UHGV virus genome: UHGV-1364187
Strand: one strand, 5' to 3'
Origin: a virus
Length of the DNA: 64,000 bases
The notes beneath the pieces are model-generated. The model saw only the letters and a list, made by a program, of their open reading frames with translations. It did no database searches and had not been told where the DNA came from. The stretch's first letter is position 1; every line of letters begins with the position of its first letter. Both the position numbers and the translations under genes were made by a program. Below, piece after piece: positions 47,544 through 59,004 of this stretch.

Positions 47544-49265
47544 CTATTTTTCTATATATGCTGGTACGAATGTTCCTGGGATAATTAAAGAATTTTCTTC
47601 TACCTTCCTCACATAATCTACAGTATTCTGTAGACAACATGCAGCTTCTTTCAGAATTTCAATTTCTTCATCATCACCTTGCCCAAGAACTTTCTTCTTA
47701 AATGTTGCACCTTCAACAAGCCCTACAGATTCTTTATATAGATTCATTAATTCACTAAATTTTTCTTCCCAAGAATTTGGTTCTTCAAAATCTTTAAAGA
47801 ATCCATCTTCTCTTAGATTAGAATATGGAGTAATATTTCCAGTTAATCCTGGATTAGAATCACTACTTGAACATGTATCAATATTACATAAGTTAGATAC
47901 ATCCATACGCCTTTGAATTTCAGATACATTAGAGCCAGTCTTTTCTCCAATACCAGATATACCTTTATAACTAAATTTAGTACAGAATATAGCATCATCT
48001 TCGTTAACACTATTTCGATAATTTACTAAACTACATTTTGTAATCTGTGATAATAGATAGTTTGGAGAAATATTGATAGCTTTTCTTATAGTAGAAATAG
48101 TTGCACGTTTACCACTTACTGAAATACGCTTAATACCATTAGATAATTTTATAGCATATAAAGATGCTAGATATTCATCTAATCTTACTCTCTTTAATGA
48201 TGAATCTTGGTTATCTTTCATCATAAGATCAGAGAAGTTTCTAATCATCCATAGTAATACTTTATAAATATCATCTTTATACTCTAAAGGTAATTTAATA
48301 GCAGCTTTTGTAGATGGATCGTAAATACCTTCTAGAGATTCTAACAGTTTAACACCTTTTTCATGACTGTATTTAGTGAGAGTTACATCATTATCCAAAC
48401 GATCTATCCAGTAATCTATAGTAAACAGATCTTCATATACTACATCTTTGTTAATCACTTTTAAGATTGTATATATAAGAGATTGTGTTACATAATCACT
48501 ATCGAATATCATTTTTGGAACTTGAATATAAATCTCATGTTTTTCAAATATATACATATTAGAATTATCATCTGGTTTGTCTTTTAATACCTTTATGCAA
48601 CCAATACCAGATTGCATAAAAGTACCCATCAAACCAAACTTAGCTAATAGATATTTGAATACTATAATATTCCTATTGAATATATTAGATGAATATAATA
48701 CAATAGGAAGTTCTTCACCATCAATAGTAGTCAATTTATTATGGAATCTAAATATCTTAATAGGCATAAATATAGTCTTTTGTGTTGTTGAAGCACATTT
48801 GGCATTAGTATTAGCATTATTATATGTGCTACCATCTACTATCTGAAACATTGGTAAATAGTAATTTCCTTGTAATTCAAAGTAATATTTATCTGTATAT
48901 CTTGGTAAATTAATAAGTACATCCAAATCTTCATACTTATCTCTAATACCAATTGTATAGTGCACAATCATAAGTCTAGTCTTAGAATTTCTAATTGGAA
49001 TATAATCATAGATATTTTCAATAGGTTTAGATATCCTATCAATCCTATCTTGTTCATATTTTCTCATAGTATTATAGATTTCTATTGGACTATCGATGAC
49101 TTCAAATGAATTTACTTTAATAGTGAAATATTTATCACGTTGACAAGTGAGAATTACATTCTGTAATTCTCTTACTATATTATCATCATTTCTTTGAAAT
49201 AGTTGCGGATTGAATCTTTCCCTTTCATCAAATGAGTAATTGTATAAAAGTTCAGGAATGTTCAT
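47544..49265 (-). CDS. Phage multisubunit RNA polymerase beta subunit, N-terminal fragment
   Basis: The C-terminal part LLSQITK..KFSYKGISGIGEKTGSNVSEIQRRMDVSNLCNIDTCSSSDSNPGLTGN parallels beta [51 protein letters not shown]. The ORF stops where the rest of beta would begin. Confidence 0.5.
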   Translation of the reverse strand: MNIPELLYNYSFDERERFNPQLFQRNDDNIVRELQNVILTCQRDKYFTIKVNSFEVIDSPIEIYNTMRKYEQDRIDRISKPIENIYDYIPIRNSKTRLMIVHYTIGIRDKYEDLDVLINLPRYTDKYYFELQGNYYLPMFQIVDGSTYNNANTNAKCASTTQKTIFMPIKIFRFHNKLTTIDGEELPIVLYSSNIFNRNIIVFKYLLAKFGLMGTFMQSGIGCIKVLKDKPDDNSNMYIFEKHEIYIQVPKMIFDSDYVTQSLIYTILKVINKDVVYEDLFTIDYWIDRLDNDVTLTKYSHEKGVKLLESLEGIYDPSTKAAIKLPLEYKDDIYKVLLWMIRNFSDLMMKDNQDSSLKRVRLDEYLASLYAIKLSNGIKRISVSGKRATISTIRKAINISPNYLLSQITKCSLVNYRNSVNEDDAIFCTKFSYKGISGIGEKTGSNVSEIQRRMDVSNLCNIDTCSSSDSNPGLTGNITPYSNLREDGFFKDFEEPNSWEEKFSELMNLYKESVGLVEGATFKKKVLGQGDDEEIEILKEAACCLQNTVDYVRKVEENSLIIPGTFVPAYIEK

Positions 49266-49883
49266 CTATTCTTCATCCTCTCCAATATAATTCAATGGAA
49301 TTTTTATCTCTCTTCCAATTGGATTTGGTGCACCAGGTTTATCTTCTATAATAAGTGTTACATTCATATCTAAATTATCAGATATACTCTTTAATTTAGG
49401 AAATGTAATACTATTAGAGTTTGATATAATACGTTTATCATTATTAAAAGAAGCACCAAATCTATCTTGATATTTGTCTATATCAATATGCTTCTCAATA
49501 ATAGCCTGTCTTAAACCTGCCATCTCTGGTGTATCGTCTTGATTAATCTTAGGAACATAGGCTTCTGTAGAAGAACTTATAACTTCACTCTCTAGTTCTT
49601 TTAACATATGATTCATTTGAATAAGTTCTTTCATATTTTCACAATCATCAAAATTTAATATATTTGATGACATATATGGTTCTTGATTTTGTTCTTGTGG
49701 TTTAATATAATAAGAACCAACTGGATTAGAATAGAATCCAGGTAATACTCCACCTGCACCTAAATATGGTAATATATAATCTCCACATTGTACAGCCACA
49801 TCACCACGTTGATATTGATTATGGATATTGTTATTGTTAGTAACTACATCATAAATCCTATTGTTCAATTTTATCTTTTTCAT
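49266..49883 (-). CDS. Hypothetical protein, 205 aa
   Basis: Start/stop coupled to the RNAP beta N-fragment gene. Confidence 0.45.
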   Translation of the reverse strand: MKKIKLNNRIYDVVTNNNNIHNQYQRGDVAVQCGDYILPYLGAGGVLPGFYSNPVGSYYIKPQEQNQEPYMSSNILNFDDCENMKELIQMNHMLKELESEVISSSTEAYVPKINQDDTPEMAGLRQAIIEKHIDIDKYQDRFGASFNNDKRIISNSNSITFPKLKSISDNLDMNVTLIIEDKPGAPNPIGREIKIPLNYIGEDEE

Positions 49884-49900
49884 TATAAAATCCTCCTTGA

Positions 49901-49950
49901 AAAAATAAATCTCGCATATAATAACTAAGATTATATGCGAGATAATATGT
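49901..49950 (-). terminator. Intrinsic terminator after the 199-aa gene
   Basis: atctcgcatataa..ttatatgcgagat hairpin; on the minus strand it is followed by TTATTTTT. Confidence 0.6.
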
Positions 49951-49963
49951 TTATAAAACCTGA

Positions 49964-50563
49964 TTAAGCAACTTTTTCTGATGCATCAGATTTTACTTTT
50001 TGACGAATTTCTTCATCTGGAATTACACTGAATACTTTATGTCCTTCTTCAAATGCAACTTGTGCTGTGAAATATCCATCACATTCAAGTTCAACAACTT
50101 CTGAATCTTTTGCATTTACATCAAGCCATTTATATAGTTCATCTGCAAATACACTAAACATATCTACTAAGAAGCATGTTTGATTGAATTTTAATCCTGT
50201 TTCTTTGAATGAAGAAGATAATGCTACATTTTGGAAGAATGAGTCATGGATTGTATACACTTGACAATCTTCAATATCTTTAGGATCAAATGTAAATGTT
50301 AAAGACCATTCTCCAGGAGCATCTTCTGTTTCTGCTGGAGTATAACTTACAATACCTGCAAATTTTGTTACATTTTCATAGTTTTGAATAGCTAATGCTA
50401 CTTTATTATCTTTTGATTTTACCATAGCTAAAAAGTCTGCAATAGATACAATGAATGATTGTGCTACAGGTGGACATGCCTGAGCTTCCCAAGATAAATT
50501 CTTTGTTTCTAAAGCCTTTACGTAATTCATTCCTAATGTACTTTCTGCTAATGTTTGTTTCAT
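49964..50563 (-). CDS. Hypothetical protein, 199 aa, probably highly expressed
   Basis: GC-richer codon usage than its neighbours. Cassette promoter upstream and hairpin terminator at 49909-49943. Confidence 0.5.
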   Translation of the reverse strand: MKQTLAESTLGMNYVKALETKNLSWEAQACPPVAQSFIVSIADFLAMVKSKDNKVALAIQNYENVTKFAGIVSYTPAETEDAPGEWSLTFTFDPKDIEDCQVYTIHDSFFQNVALSSSFKETGLKFNQTCFLVDMFSVFADELYKWLDVNAKDSEVVELECDGYFTAQVAFEEGHKVFSVIPDEEIRQKVKSDASEKVA

Positions 50564-50723
50564 AATAAATTCCTCCTATTTATAAAAGATTATATTTTTT
50601 TAAGTAATATTCATTACTTATACACCTTAATAATATATAATTGAAATTTATATTACTCTGGTATTTTTTCTAATTACAATATAGTTTACTTGCAGTTAAA
50701 GTTTTAATATAAAGAATAGTATA

Positions 50724-53042
50724 CTAAGAAAGTATACTATTCATATTTGCAAGAAATTCTTCTAGAGTTATAATAGGAATGCCATATTTCTGTGCTGATA
50801 TTATTTTTGTAGATGGATTGTTAAATGCATCAATATTAACTACGATAAGTAAATCAGTATCTCTAGTTACAGATTTATCACTTATATCGTGTCCTAATGA
50901 TGTTACTAGATCAACTAATTCTTTATCTCTAAAGCCAGTAAATCTAATCTTCTTTCCACCACATGCATATCCAAAAGAAGATCTCATATTAACAAACGTT
51001 TTCTCTATATACATTAAATCTTCTATAAAGAATATACGTCTATCAATTACAGTTTTTGCTTTTACTTTTCCAATACCTTTGATATTGACTAATCTATTAT
51101 ATAAGATATCATCTGGAAGATTTATTATATCGTGTAATGTTATCTTATTAAGTATAAGCTTCCATGTTTCTTCAGCCATACTATCAAATCCTATAGCTCC
51201 TACAATCTGATAGTCCCATATATTAGATTCTTTTAATGCTTCTCTTTGAGCTATGAATTTATCCGCCATTATAGAACTATTAAGAGCATTTACTATAATA
51301 TCTCTATCGAGTTCCATTAATTTATTGAAAGAGAATACATTAGTTTTCAATACACTTGCTTCTGCAAATTGATCTATTCCTAACTTATCTAGCATATTAA
51401 CAGTTCTTGCAACTATTCTTCCTTTACATGCTAAATTTTTACAATATGCAGATGCACCAGATTTTGATATCTCTAATGGAGAACCACATACTGGACAGTG
51501 TGTTGGAAATGGAATAGGTGGAGTTACACTATCTATTTCATCATTATAACTATTATTAGGCTTAGTTACATATGGCATAACATCATTTACATACTCTACA
51601 TCTATAATATTACCCTCTCTTAATCCCAATTCCATAAATCTTTCATAAGAATGACCAGATGATTTAGGATGAATAGTTCCCATAAATTCAACTGGTTCGT
51701 AATGTATCATAGGTGTAATATATCCATCTTGTCCAACTGTATAAGTATATCCTTTAAATATAGTAGATTTCTTTAATGGATTAAACTTAACAGCTTGAGC
51801 ATATTTATTAACAGCATTTTCTCTACCCAATGCATGTTTGATATCTTCATCCATATATTCTATAACTACACCATCATATTGGAAATCGATATAATCTCTC
51901 ATCATTTCAGCTTCTTCAACAAACTTCTTAATTTGATATAAGATAGAAGTAAGATTTCCACTAATGATAGTATAGGTATTATATACACCTCTAGTATAAT
52001 ACTTATTAAGAAATTCTAACTGTTCATTTTTAGGTATATCTAATGAACACGCTAATGGTACTAATGTTACATATTCCATATATTTCCATGCATCTGAAGA
52101 TGAAAATAGACCACTAATAGCAGATCTGCAGTTCTTATAATTATATCCTTTAGCTTGATTGAATCTATATAGATTACTATATGTCATAATAGCCTCAAAC
52201 TGTACACCAAAATCTTCTTCTAATGGAATATTTTGTGGTGCATTAGGAAATATATAATTTCTCATAATAGGAGTTAAATCTGCAGCTTCGCCACCTATGG
52301 CATCCCCTCTTGATGTGAATAATCTACTTACCATAGAACCTTCGACAGATACTCCATCAAATTTAAGCATAAGTAATACATTAATAATTCTATTAGGATC
52401 TAGTATACCACGTTTAACATGTTCTCCAAAGAAATCCCTTTCTAATACTCTTACATTAGAATCATCAAATACTCCTAGTTCTTTTGCTTGATAATTCATT
52501 ACATGTTTACATTTTTCAAGAGTACCAACAAGATTTGGATATTGATGAGCTGTATTTCTCTTTCTTTTATCTATATTATTAGCAAATATAGCTGGAACTC
52601 TCATACATTCTCGTCTTGTTATTGGTGGTTGAAATAATAGCATATCAGTATATAATAAATCTTCATCATTAAGAATATCATTTACAAATACAGCTGGAGT
52701 AATCATATCAACTATATCATTTTTAACAAAGTTCTCATCTTTTGTTTGTATAGGTTTTCCTCCAACAGGTGCAATATATCCATGATTGACATATGATTCT
52801 CTTAATAAATCATACATTCCATCTTCTAATACTAATCCTTCACCATAGTTTTCCCATACAGTATTACAATACTCTAATATAGTTTGTGATATAGATGCAT
52901 CATCATTTTCCCATGCATTATTTAATAAATACATTACTGCATCATTTAATATTCTTTTTGCTAATGGATTTATACTTCCATTAAGATATAGGTCAGAACA
53001 AATCTGACCTATATTATTATAATATTCATTATTAGTATACAT
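50724..53042 (-). CDS. ligA: NAD-dependent DNA ligase (LigA family)
   Basis: Adenylation motif KFDG (MLKFDGVSVEG). Zinc finger CPVCGSPL..CKNLACKG. HhH motif GIGKVKAKTV. C-terminal BRCT-like region. Confidence 0.85.
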   Translation of the reverse strand: MYTNNEYYNNIGQICSDLYLNGSINPLAKRILNDAVMYLLNNAWENDDASISQTILEYCNTVWENYGEGLVLEDGMYDLLRESYVNHGYIAPVGGKPIQTKDENFVKNDIVDMITPAVFVNDILNDEDLLYTDMLLFQPPITRRECMRVPAIFANNIDKRKRNTAHQYPNLVGTLEKCKHVMNYQAKELGVFDDSNVRVLERDFFGEHVKRGILDPNRIINVLLMLKFDGVSVEGSMVSRLFTSRGDAIGGEAADLTPIMRNYIFPNAPQNIPLEEDFGVQFEAIMTYSNLYRFNQAKGYNYKNCRSAISGLFSSSDAWKYMEYVTLVPLACSLDIPKNEQLEFLNKYYTRGVYNTYTIISGNLTSILYQIKKFVEEAEMMRDYIDFQYDGVVIEYMDEDIKHALGRENAVNKYAQAVKFNPLKKSTIFKGYTYTVGQDGYITPMIHYEPVEFMGTIHPKSSGHSYERFMELGLREGNIIDVEYVNDVMPYVTKPNNSYNDEIDSVTPPIPFPTHCPVCGSPLEISKSGASAYCKNLACKGRIVARTVNMLDKLGIDQFAEASVLKTNVFSFNKLMELDRDIIVNALNSSIMADKFIAQREALKESNIWDYQIVGAIGFDSMAEETWKLILNKITLHDIINLPDDILYNRLVNIKGIGKVKAKTVIDRRIFFIEDLMYIEKTFVNMRSSFGYACGGKKIRFTGFRDKELVDLVTSLGHDISDKSVTRDTDLLIVVNIDAFNNPSTKIISAQKYGIPIITLEEFLANMNSILS

Positions 53043-53563
53043 TAGATATCAATCCTTTCTAGTGTAGAAAAATACATACTATAATGTTTATCCTGTGTTA
53101 CATGATAAGTTTCGTCTGTTATAACCCACTTATCTCTAGTTAATCTATCTGCTGGAAAGTAAGTATCGCCATCAAAGAATTCATCAAATTTTGTTACGAA
53201 AATTCTCTTAGTATAATCTAAGAATTCTCTATATACCCATCCTCCTCCAATAATAAAAATATCATCATCAGGATTTTCACAATCTAATAACAATATATCA
53301 TTTACAGAATGAACAACTTCTACACCAGGAATCTTTATATCTTTATGACTTAATACTATATTTCTTCTATCTGGCAATGGTCTACCAATACTTTCATAAG
53401 TCTTTCTTCCCATCACTACAGTATGACCTGTAGTGATGTCTTTAAAATGTTTTCTATCTTCTCTAACTATTCCCCAAGGTAATTCATTATCTCTACCTAT
53501 TATCATATTTCTAGATATAGCAACAATCATATTAATCATTATAATCTCTCCAATCTTTAACAA
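53042..53563 (-). CDS. folA: Dihydrofolate reductase
   Basis: MINMIVAISRNMIIGRDNELPW...VVMGRKTYESIG is the canonical DHFR N-terminus. Confidence 0.9.
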   Translation of the reverse strand: MLKIGEIIMINMIVAISRNMIIGRDNELPWGIVREDRKHFKDITTGHTVVMGRKTYESIGRPLPDRRNIVLSHKDIKIPGVEVVHSVNDILLLDCENPDDDIFIIGGGWVYREFLDYTKRIFVTKFDEFFDGDTYFPADRLTRDKWVITDETYHVTQDKHYSMYFSTLERIDI

Positions 53564-53985
53564 TATATCCAGGAATAAATGTAGCTGGAATATTATTTGG
53601 TTTTATTTCTGCTGGTACAAGACAATTATTATATAATGCTCTTTCTTGCTCCAACATTATTTGAGCTGGAGTGTACATTCCTTCCTTATTAGGAGCTATA
53701 TTATTTGTATCTATAGCTGGAACAAAATATGCTGGTCTTATTCTCTGAACTAATGTCTTCTTAAATACCATTCTTAAGCCTATAGCTTTAAGATAAGTAT
53801 GCATAATTTGTGCAGTTATATTATTAGTTTCATTATCTATTTGTACATCCACGTTATATGGATCATCAGTAAGAATATTCTTAGCTAATCTTCTACCATG
53901 TGTACTAGCACTATTGATAAGTAGCATTACTAATAATAACTCAGCATCTACGTGCATTAAATTTGAAGCTTCCATAGACCCACCA
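53532..53985 (-). CDS. RNA polymerase beta subunit C-fragment, exon 2
   Basis: GGSMEASNLM..INSASTHGRRLAKNILTDD..LKAIGLRMVF parallels the beta C-terminus GGQRFGEMEV..SDDVNGRTKMYKNIVDG..LKEIRSLGINI. Confidence 0.55.
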
Positions 53986-54448
53986 CTACACAAATTGTGT
54001 AGCAGACTATATCACCACCATATACTTTAAAAAAGTACTTAGGTGCCTCCCATTTCGGATATACTATATCCTACTCTACTCACTTCGTCTATATCTAATT
54101 TATTAGATATACCTTATTTTTAACTAGATTACTAGTATATTAGCTTTCGATAGTCGTTGAACTTTAATCTTTGAATATAGTTTTATATTTATATATTATA
54201 TTTGATATTATTCAAAGATTCTTAGCTGCTGATTGTAGATCTGTTACGTTAACTTAGCACCTATTATTGAATAGGCTTTTATCTCAGCATATCAACACAG
54301 AATCAATTTTTTCTGTCTTTCGACGACATTCACACCCATCCTTACGGATCATGTTGTAGTTTGATTCTGAATAACTACTTCCCAGACAAATTAAAGAGGT
54401 TTTTACTTCTATCTTTTTCAAGATAAAAGGCACATGTATGTCTATGCA
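53986..54448 (-). ncRNA. Group I intron in the RNAP beta gene
   Basis: Read on the minus strand it shares AATCAGCAGCtAAG..GTTCAACGACTATCGAAAG..GATATAGTCTGCT with the polymerase intron. Splicing CCAGT|..intron..G|TGGTGGG restores the frame as ..YSRTPVGGSMEAS.., which parallels the conserved beta segment ..YSLVTQQPLGG... Confidence 0.6.
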
Positions 54449-56219
54449 ACTGGTGTACGACTGTATGGTGACTCGTATAATTTACTTGCACGAGATCTTG
54501 TATTTTGCCCTCTTACATTAGTTGCTGATAAAGATGTTGTTGAGAATTTCTCTTCTGCAACTTGTTTTAATCTGTAATAATATATATGACCAGCAATAAG
54601 TTTTCTTCTAGTAGGTATGGCTCTATAATTACCCATAGAATCTTTTTGTTGAATCATAACTGTATAAGGTTCGATCCAATCAAAATGTTTATACATTTGA
54701 TCTAATAAATCTATACCATATGATTCTGTTATAGGTTCTATTTGGAAATGAATACAATCATAAGACTTGATACTGTCTAAGAATAATTTCTTATCTTGTT
54801 CTGACATATTGTCTACTATATTTTTTGTATATCTGTACATATTAGGACTTACAAAAGATAAGAAATCAAAGTACATTTGAAACGCTTCTTCATCTGTGCA
54901 TAATGGAGATCTCATTCTTTCTATAATTCTAGAACTTATAAAATTAGATTCCATTTCAATATGTTGTCCAGGATTAAGACGTCCTACTATACCTGCAGAA
55001 TTCCATATTGCGTCTGCATGTTTTCCATTGTCAAATAAAGGCATTAATTCTTCTGGTAAGAATCCAGCAATAACACCTTTACCTCCATATCTATTAGTAA
55101 TCTTATCACCAATTTGTATACGACTAACTTCATATACCATGAAATCAATTACTAAGAAAGAGAATTCATTATCTTTTTCATTCAAGAAATGTTGTCCGTC
55201 TAATATTCTCTTATGAAATAGATATAACTCTTCTAAGTCATATGATTTTTTAATACTTTTATCATTTACAATTGGTTCTAATACATTAACTATTTCTCTA
55301 GAGAATCTTTGTTGATTCATATAAATCATAGCTAATTGAGAGTATTTAGAATCTGTAAATAGTAATTCTGGATCGTTACAATATATATCACAATCTATTA
55401 GTACACCTGACCCTATTGTAACTTTAACATCAGAAGTCATTATTTTTCTTAATCTATCTTGGCTTGCAGAATAAAATTGTTCTTCATTTTTCTTTAGACG
55501 AGTACCCATAAGAATACCATCTTTTACCTCTTCTCCTACAAAAGGACATACTTTATAACTACCATCTTTACCATAAAGATTCAATGGAACGTTATTAGTA
55601 TTTATACTTATACGTTTTGGTTTGAATACTGGAGTATCAAATTTTGGACGAACAGCTTCGCTTAGAATAATACCATCTTCGCAAGTCTTAGCTATATTCA
55701 TAAATACTCCATTAAGATTTATACCATCCATCTTATTACCATAATCATCATAAGATGAGCTTTTTCTTATTACATCACCTTGTTTAATTACATCACCAAC
55801 TTTTTTACTATCCATATATTTATTATTATACTTATATCCATTTGTTTCTGTAAGATAATTATAATCTACTCTATGATATATAGTATAAGAATTATTAGTT
55901 GGATTGCGTAATATAAGAATATAATCATGTTCTGGTAAATGTTCAAATTTTGATATCTTAGCAACTATCTCATATTCCATATCAGCTAACAATACAGCAC
56001 TATTATATCTACCATATTCATTAGCATATCCAGTATCACAGAATGCGATTTCTGAATTAATAAGATCTGTTCTATGATCATTATGAACATTATACATCTT
56101 CTTTCTTGATGCTGCATTATGATTATTGAACGGTTCTTTCAATCCTTTAGACAATACGTAATCTAATTTCTTTGGAACGTATTGATCTATTCTTGTTAGT
56201 GGATCTGTTATTATTGCCA
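54449..56219 (-). CDS. RNA polymerase beta subunit C-fragment, exon 1
   Basis: GDKITNRYGGKGVIAG matches the beta motif (..NRHGNKGV..). The probable start is the ATG at 56219 after RBS caaggaggag; the track start at 56286 is upstream in frame. Confidence 0.6.
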
Positions 56220-56301
56220 TGTTTCTTCTCCTCCTTGAATGTTTAATATATGATAGATATAAGAAAAAGTTCATTATATCTATCATATATATAATATATA
56301 A

Positions 56302-56763
56302 TTATGCGACGTTTTGGATCATAGATAATATGTCATCTGTAGATGATGTTAACCCTACTTCATCTTCTTCTGGTTCTTCATAAGTATCAGATAGCATAGA
56401 TTTCATCTCTTCTAAGACAATTGTATTAAATACTGATCTAAACTCTGAGTCTGTATTAAGTTTATTCTTAAATTGTTTTTGAGAGAATTTCATATCACTT
56501 CTATCACCTAGGTACAAATATGCACCTGCACCATTAAGAACTCCACGTTGTTTTAAGAACATAAACATTGATAAATCTGCATCAAATCCATCACTTTGAC
56601 TAAATACTAATGGAACAGATTGACCAGCTTTATTTGTTCTTGATTTAACAAGTGTTACCTCTGTAATGTTTCCGTCTAAGTCGAATACTTCTCCTTCTTT
56701 TAACTTAGATCCATCATCAAATCTAATAATATTATTTGCTAAGTATATAGGTGTATTGCCGCC
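56302..56763 (-). CDS. UvsX/RecA-family recombinase, exon 2
   Basis: GGNTPIYLANNIIRFDDGSKLKEGEVF..VTLVKSRTNKAGQSVPLVF parallels UvsX GGGTGPMYSADTVFIIGKRQIKDG..VEKSRTVKEKSKF and RecA TTGGNALKFYASVRLD. Confidence 0.6.
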   Translation of the reverse strand, partial: GGNTPIYLANNIIRFDDGSKLKEGEVFDLDGNITEVTLVKSRTNKAGQSVPLVFSQSDGFDADLSMFMFLKQRGVLNGAGAYLYLGDRSDMKFSQKQFKNKLNTDSEFRSVFNTIVLEEMKSMLSDTYEEPEEDEVGLTSSTDDILSMIQNVA

Positions 56764-57138
56764 CATAATTTTATATTACATACGATCGCTACTCGTATTC
56801 TATAATTTTCATTATAGATTAGACTATATCTTCATCCTTATTATTAAGGAGCACTCCATTTCGAATACGCTTGTATTCTACTCTATTTCTAGATAGTCGT
56901 TGAACGTTCTTCTCATATAAGAAGCTTCGCTGCTGATTGTCCATTACAAATAAGACTTAGGATTTTGTCCATATCTCATACTAACCGCTTTTTTCTACTT
57001 TCGTAACCATCACGCTTATCTTTACAGATTACGTTGTGGTGGGTTAGTCTTTAGGAGTTCCCAGCAATTAAGAGTGTTTCCTAAATGCTCATTACTGAAC
57101 ATTCTCCCCAGTTATGCAATACGTTTAGGGAGTGATTC
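56764..57138 (-). ncRNA. Group I intron in the recombinase gene
   Basis: Read on the minus strand it has the same core as the other two introns: AATTGCTGGGAA..CGAAAGTAGAAA..AATCAGCAGCGAAGCTTCTTAT..AAGAAGAACGTTCAACGACTATC..GATATAGTCT. The boundaries are approximate. Confidence 0.55.
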
Positions 57139-57909
57139 GTCAACCTTCAAATATGATACTTGTGCTTTCTTACGTTGAGCAGGTGTAATAGCAACTGCTT
57201 GTGTAATATGATTGATTACAAATAAGATAATATTAGCAGCTTTTAATAATGGAATAATAGTTCTAAAGATCTTAGCATTAGCTTTAGCTGTTGCTGTTGT
57301 ACTCATCTGTCCTGACATTTCTTCTTCGTCAGAAAATTTCTCAGGCATTAATAATGCTAATGAATCTAAAATAACTACTGTAGGCTGTAATTTGTATAGC
57401 CTATTACCAAATTCATCATATAAACCAGTATCATATTCAAACTCACTTCTATTAGCAAGTTTGATATCACTAATCATCTTGATTCTTTGGAAGAAGTTTT
57501 CACATGTGATACCAGTATTTCTATGAATATATTTATCTTTAGCCTCTTCAGGTGTCATTTTAGCAAGTTTAAATAGTCTACTATTACTAATACCACCCTC
57601 AATATCTTCATGATATATAGCAGCATTAGGAAATGGTTTAACAATATTTCCAGCTGCTTGAATAGTCCATGTAGTTTTACCACATCCAGATCTACCAATA
57701 ATCATTACCATTGATCCATCTGCAATTCCAATAGAATAATATTGATATTGCTGACCGTCTGGAGTTTTTCCAATAGCTACAGTACCATTTCTAAAATCAA
57801 ATGTAAGAAATCCAGTTGAATATCCAACAGGTGTTTCTGTTTCAACTTTCATTCTATAATCTTTAGATTTTTCTACAGATTTTCTAAACATATCTACCAA
57901 TAAGCTCAT
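57139..57909 (-). CDS. UvsX/RecA-family recombinase, exon 1
   Basis: Walker A GRSGCGKTTWTIQAA and Walker B VVILDSLALL. NAKIFRTIIPLLKAANIILFVINHI parallels UvsX TMKSLFRIVTPYFSTKNIPCIAINHT. Confidence 0.65.
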
Positions 57910-57961
57910 AAAAAATAAACCCCTTTCTTTATTTAAGTTATTTATAAGTTATATATAATGT

Positions 57962-58012
57962 AAAAAATAAAACGTAGGCTACCATTTAGGCAACTCTACG
58001 TTTTATTTTTTA
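57962..58012. terminator. Bidirectional terminator between the recombinase gene and the 308-aa gene
   Basis: aaaataaaacgtaggctaccatttaggcaactctacgttttatttttt. Confidence 0.65.
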
Positions 58013-58936
58013 AGGCATAATAATATTCTCGAATGTTTGTAAGTTGTGAACAACTTCTAATATTCTAGGATAATCTGGACATGCAGAAATATCAAATCTT
58101 ACTCTATCGAAATTACTATTAAGCTTATAATCTTGTGAATATACTATTAATACTTTTCTAATATTATCTGATGTCATACTATCTAATAGATCTAATATAG
58201 CAAGATTGATTGTTGAATTAATGAAACTTGCATCAGGACCAAATGCAGCAAGTTCATTCTCTGTATAAATATCATACATAACTCCAATAAACAAAGGAGT
58301 CATATGAGAATATAACTCTTGATAGATATTTACTATCATTTGTTCTGTCATTAATTCTCTAGACTGTTGTATAAGTTTATTAGTAAGTCTTTTTGTACAT
58401 ATTACATCATCACTATTTGAATATCTACAAATAGCAATATCTGTTGCAATATGATCTGGTAAACCAATACCTATAAGTTTACTAATAATTGTTCTGTTAA
58501 TTGTTCTAGCAATAGTCATAAGTGCATTCATTGTATATTGATCTTTGTCTTCTAATACTGCATAATCATAAACTAATTTGTTCAAATAACAGATATTTGA
58601 ATGATCAATATACTGTTCTTGAGATAATACTTGATTGAGCACCATTAAGAATTTACTATTCATAAATAAACTAATATATCTACAATCATTGTAACTCATT
58701 ATAGAATATAAGATATCTGAATAGTACATCTTAATTTGTTTAAATAACTCTTCATCAGATATTGTATCAAAATCAATAGTCAACATATCTTCTGGTGTTG
58801 TTAAATTCACGTTTACATACACAGTTTTCTTCGCCTCCTCTTCAGCTTTTTTAACAGAAGCCTCAAAGAATTTATTAAAATTTGGTTTTTGTGGCTTCTT
58901 TAATTCTAAGTTCTCATAAACTTGAAAATCTTCCAT
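58010..58936 (-). CDS. Hypothetical protein, 308 aa, downstream neighbour of the tubulin-like gene
   Basis: ORF with the cassette upstream at 58956-58984. Confidence 0.45.
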   Translation of the reverse strand: MEDFQVYENLELKKPQKPNFNKFFEASVKKAEEEAKKTVYVNVNLTTPEDMLTIDFDTISDEELFKQIKMYYSDILYSIMSYNDCRYISLFMNSKFLMVLNQVLSQEQYIDHSNICYLNKLVYDYAVLEDKDQYTMNALMTIARTINRTIISKLIGIGLPDHIATDIAICRYSNSDDVICTKRLTNKLIQQSRELMTEQMIVNIYQELYSHMTPLFIGVMYDIYTENELAAFGPDASFINSTINLAILDLLDSMTSDNIRKVLIVYSQDYKLNSNFDRVRFDISACPDYPRILEVVHNLQTFENIIMP

Positions 58937-59004
58937 ATATAAAATCTCCTTTCTAAATATTTATATTCAATAATATAATATATGATTAAAATTTAGTTTA
59001 ATAT

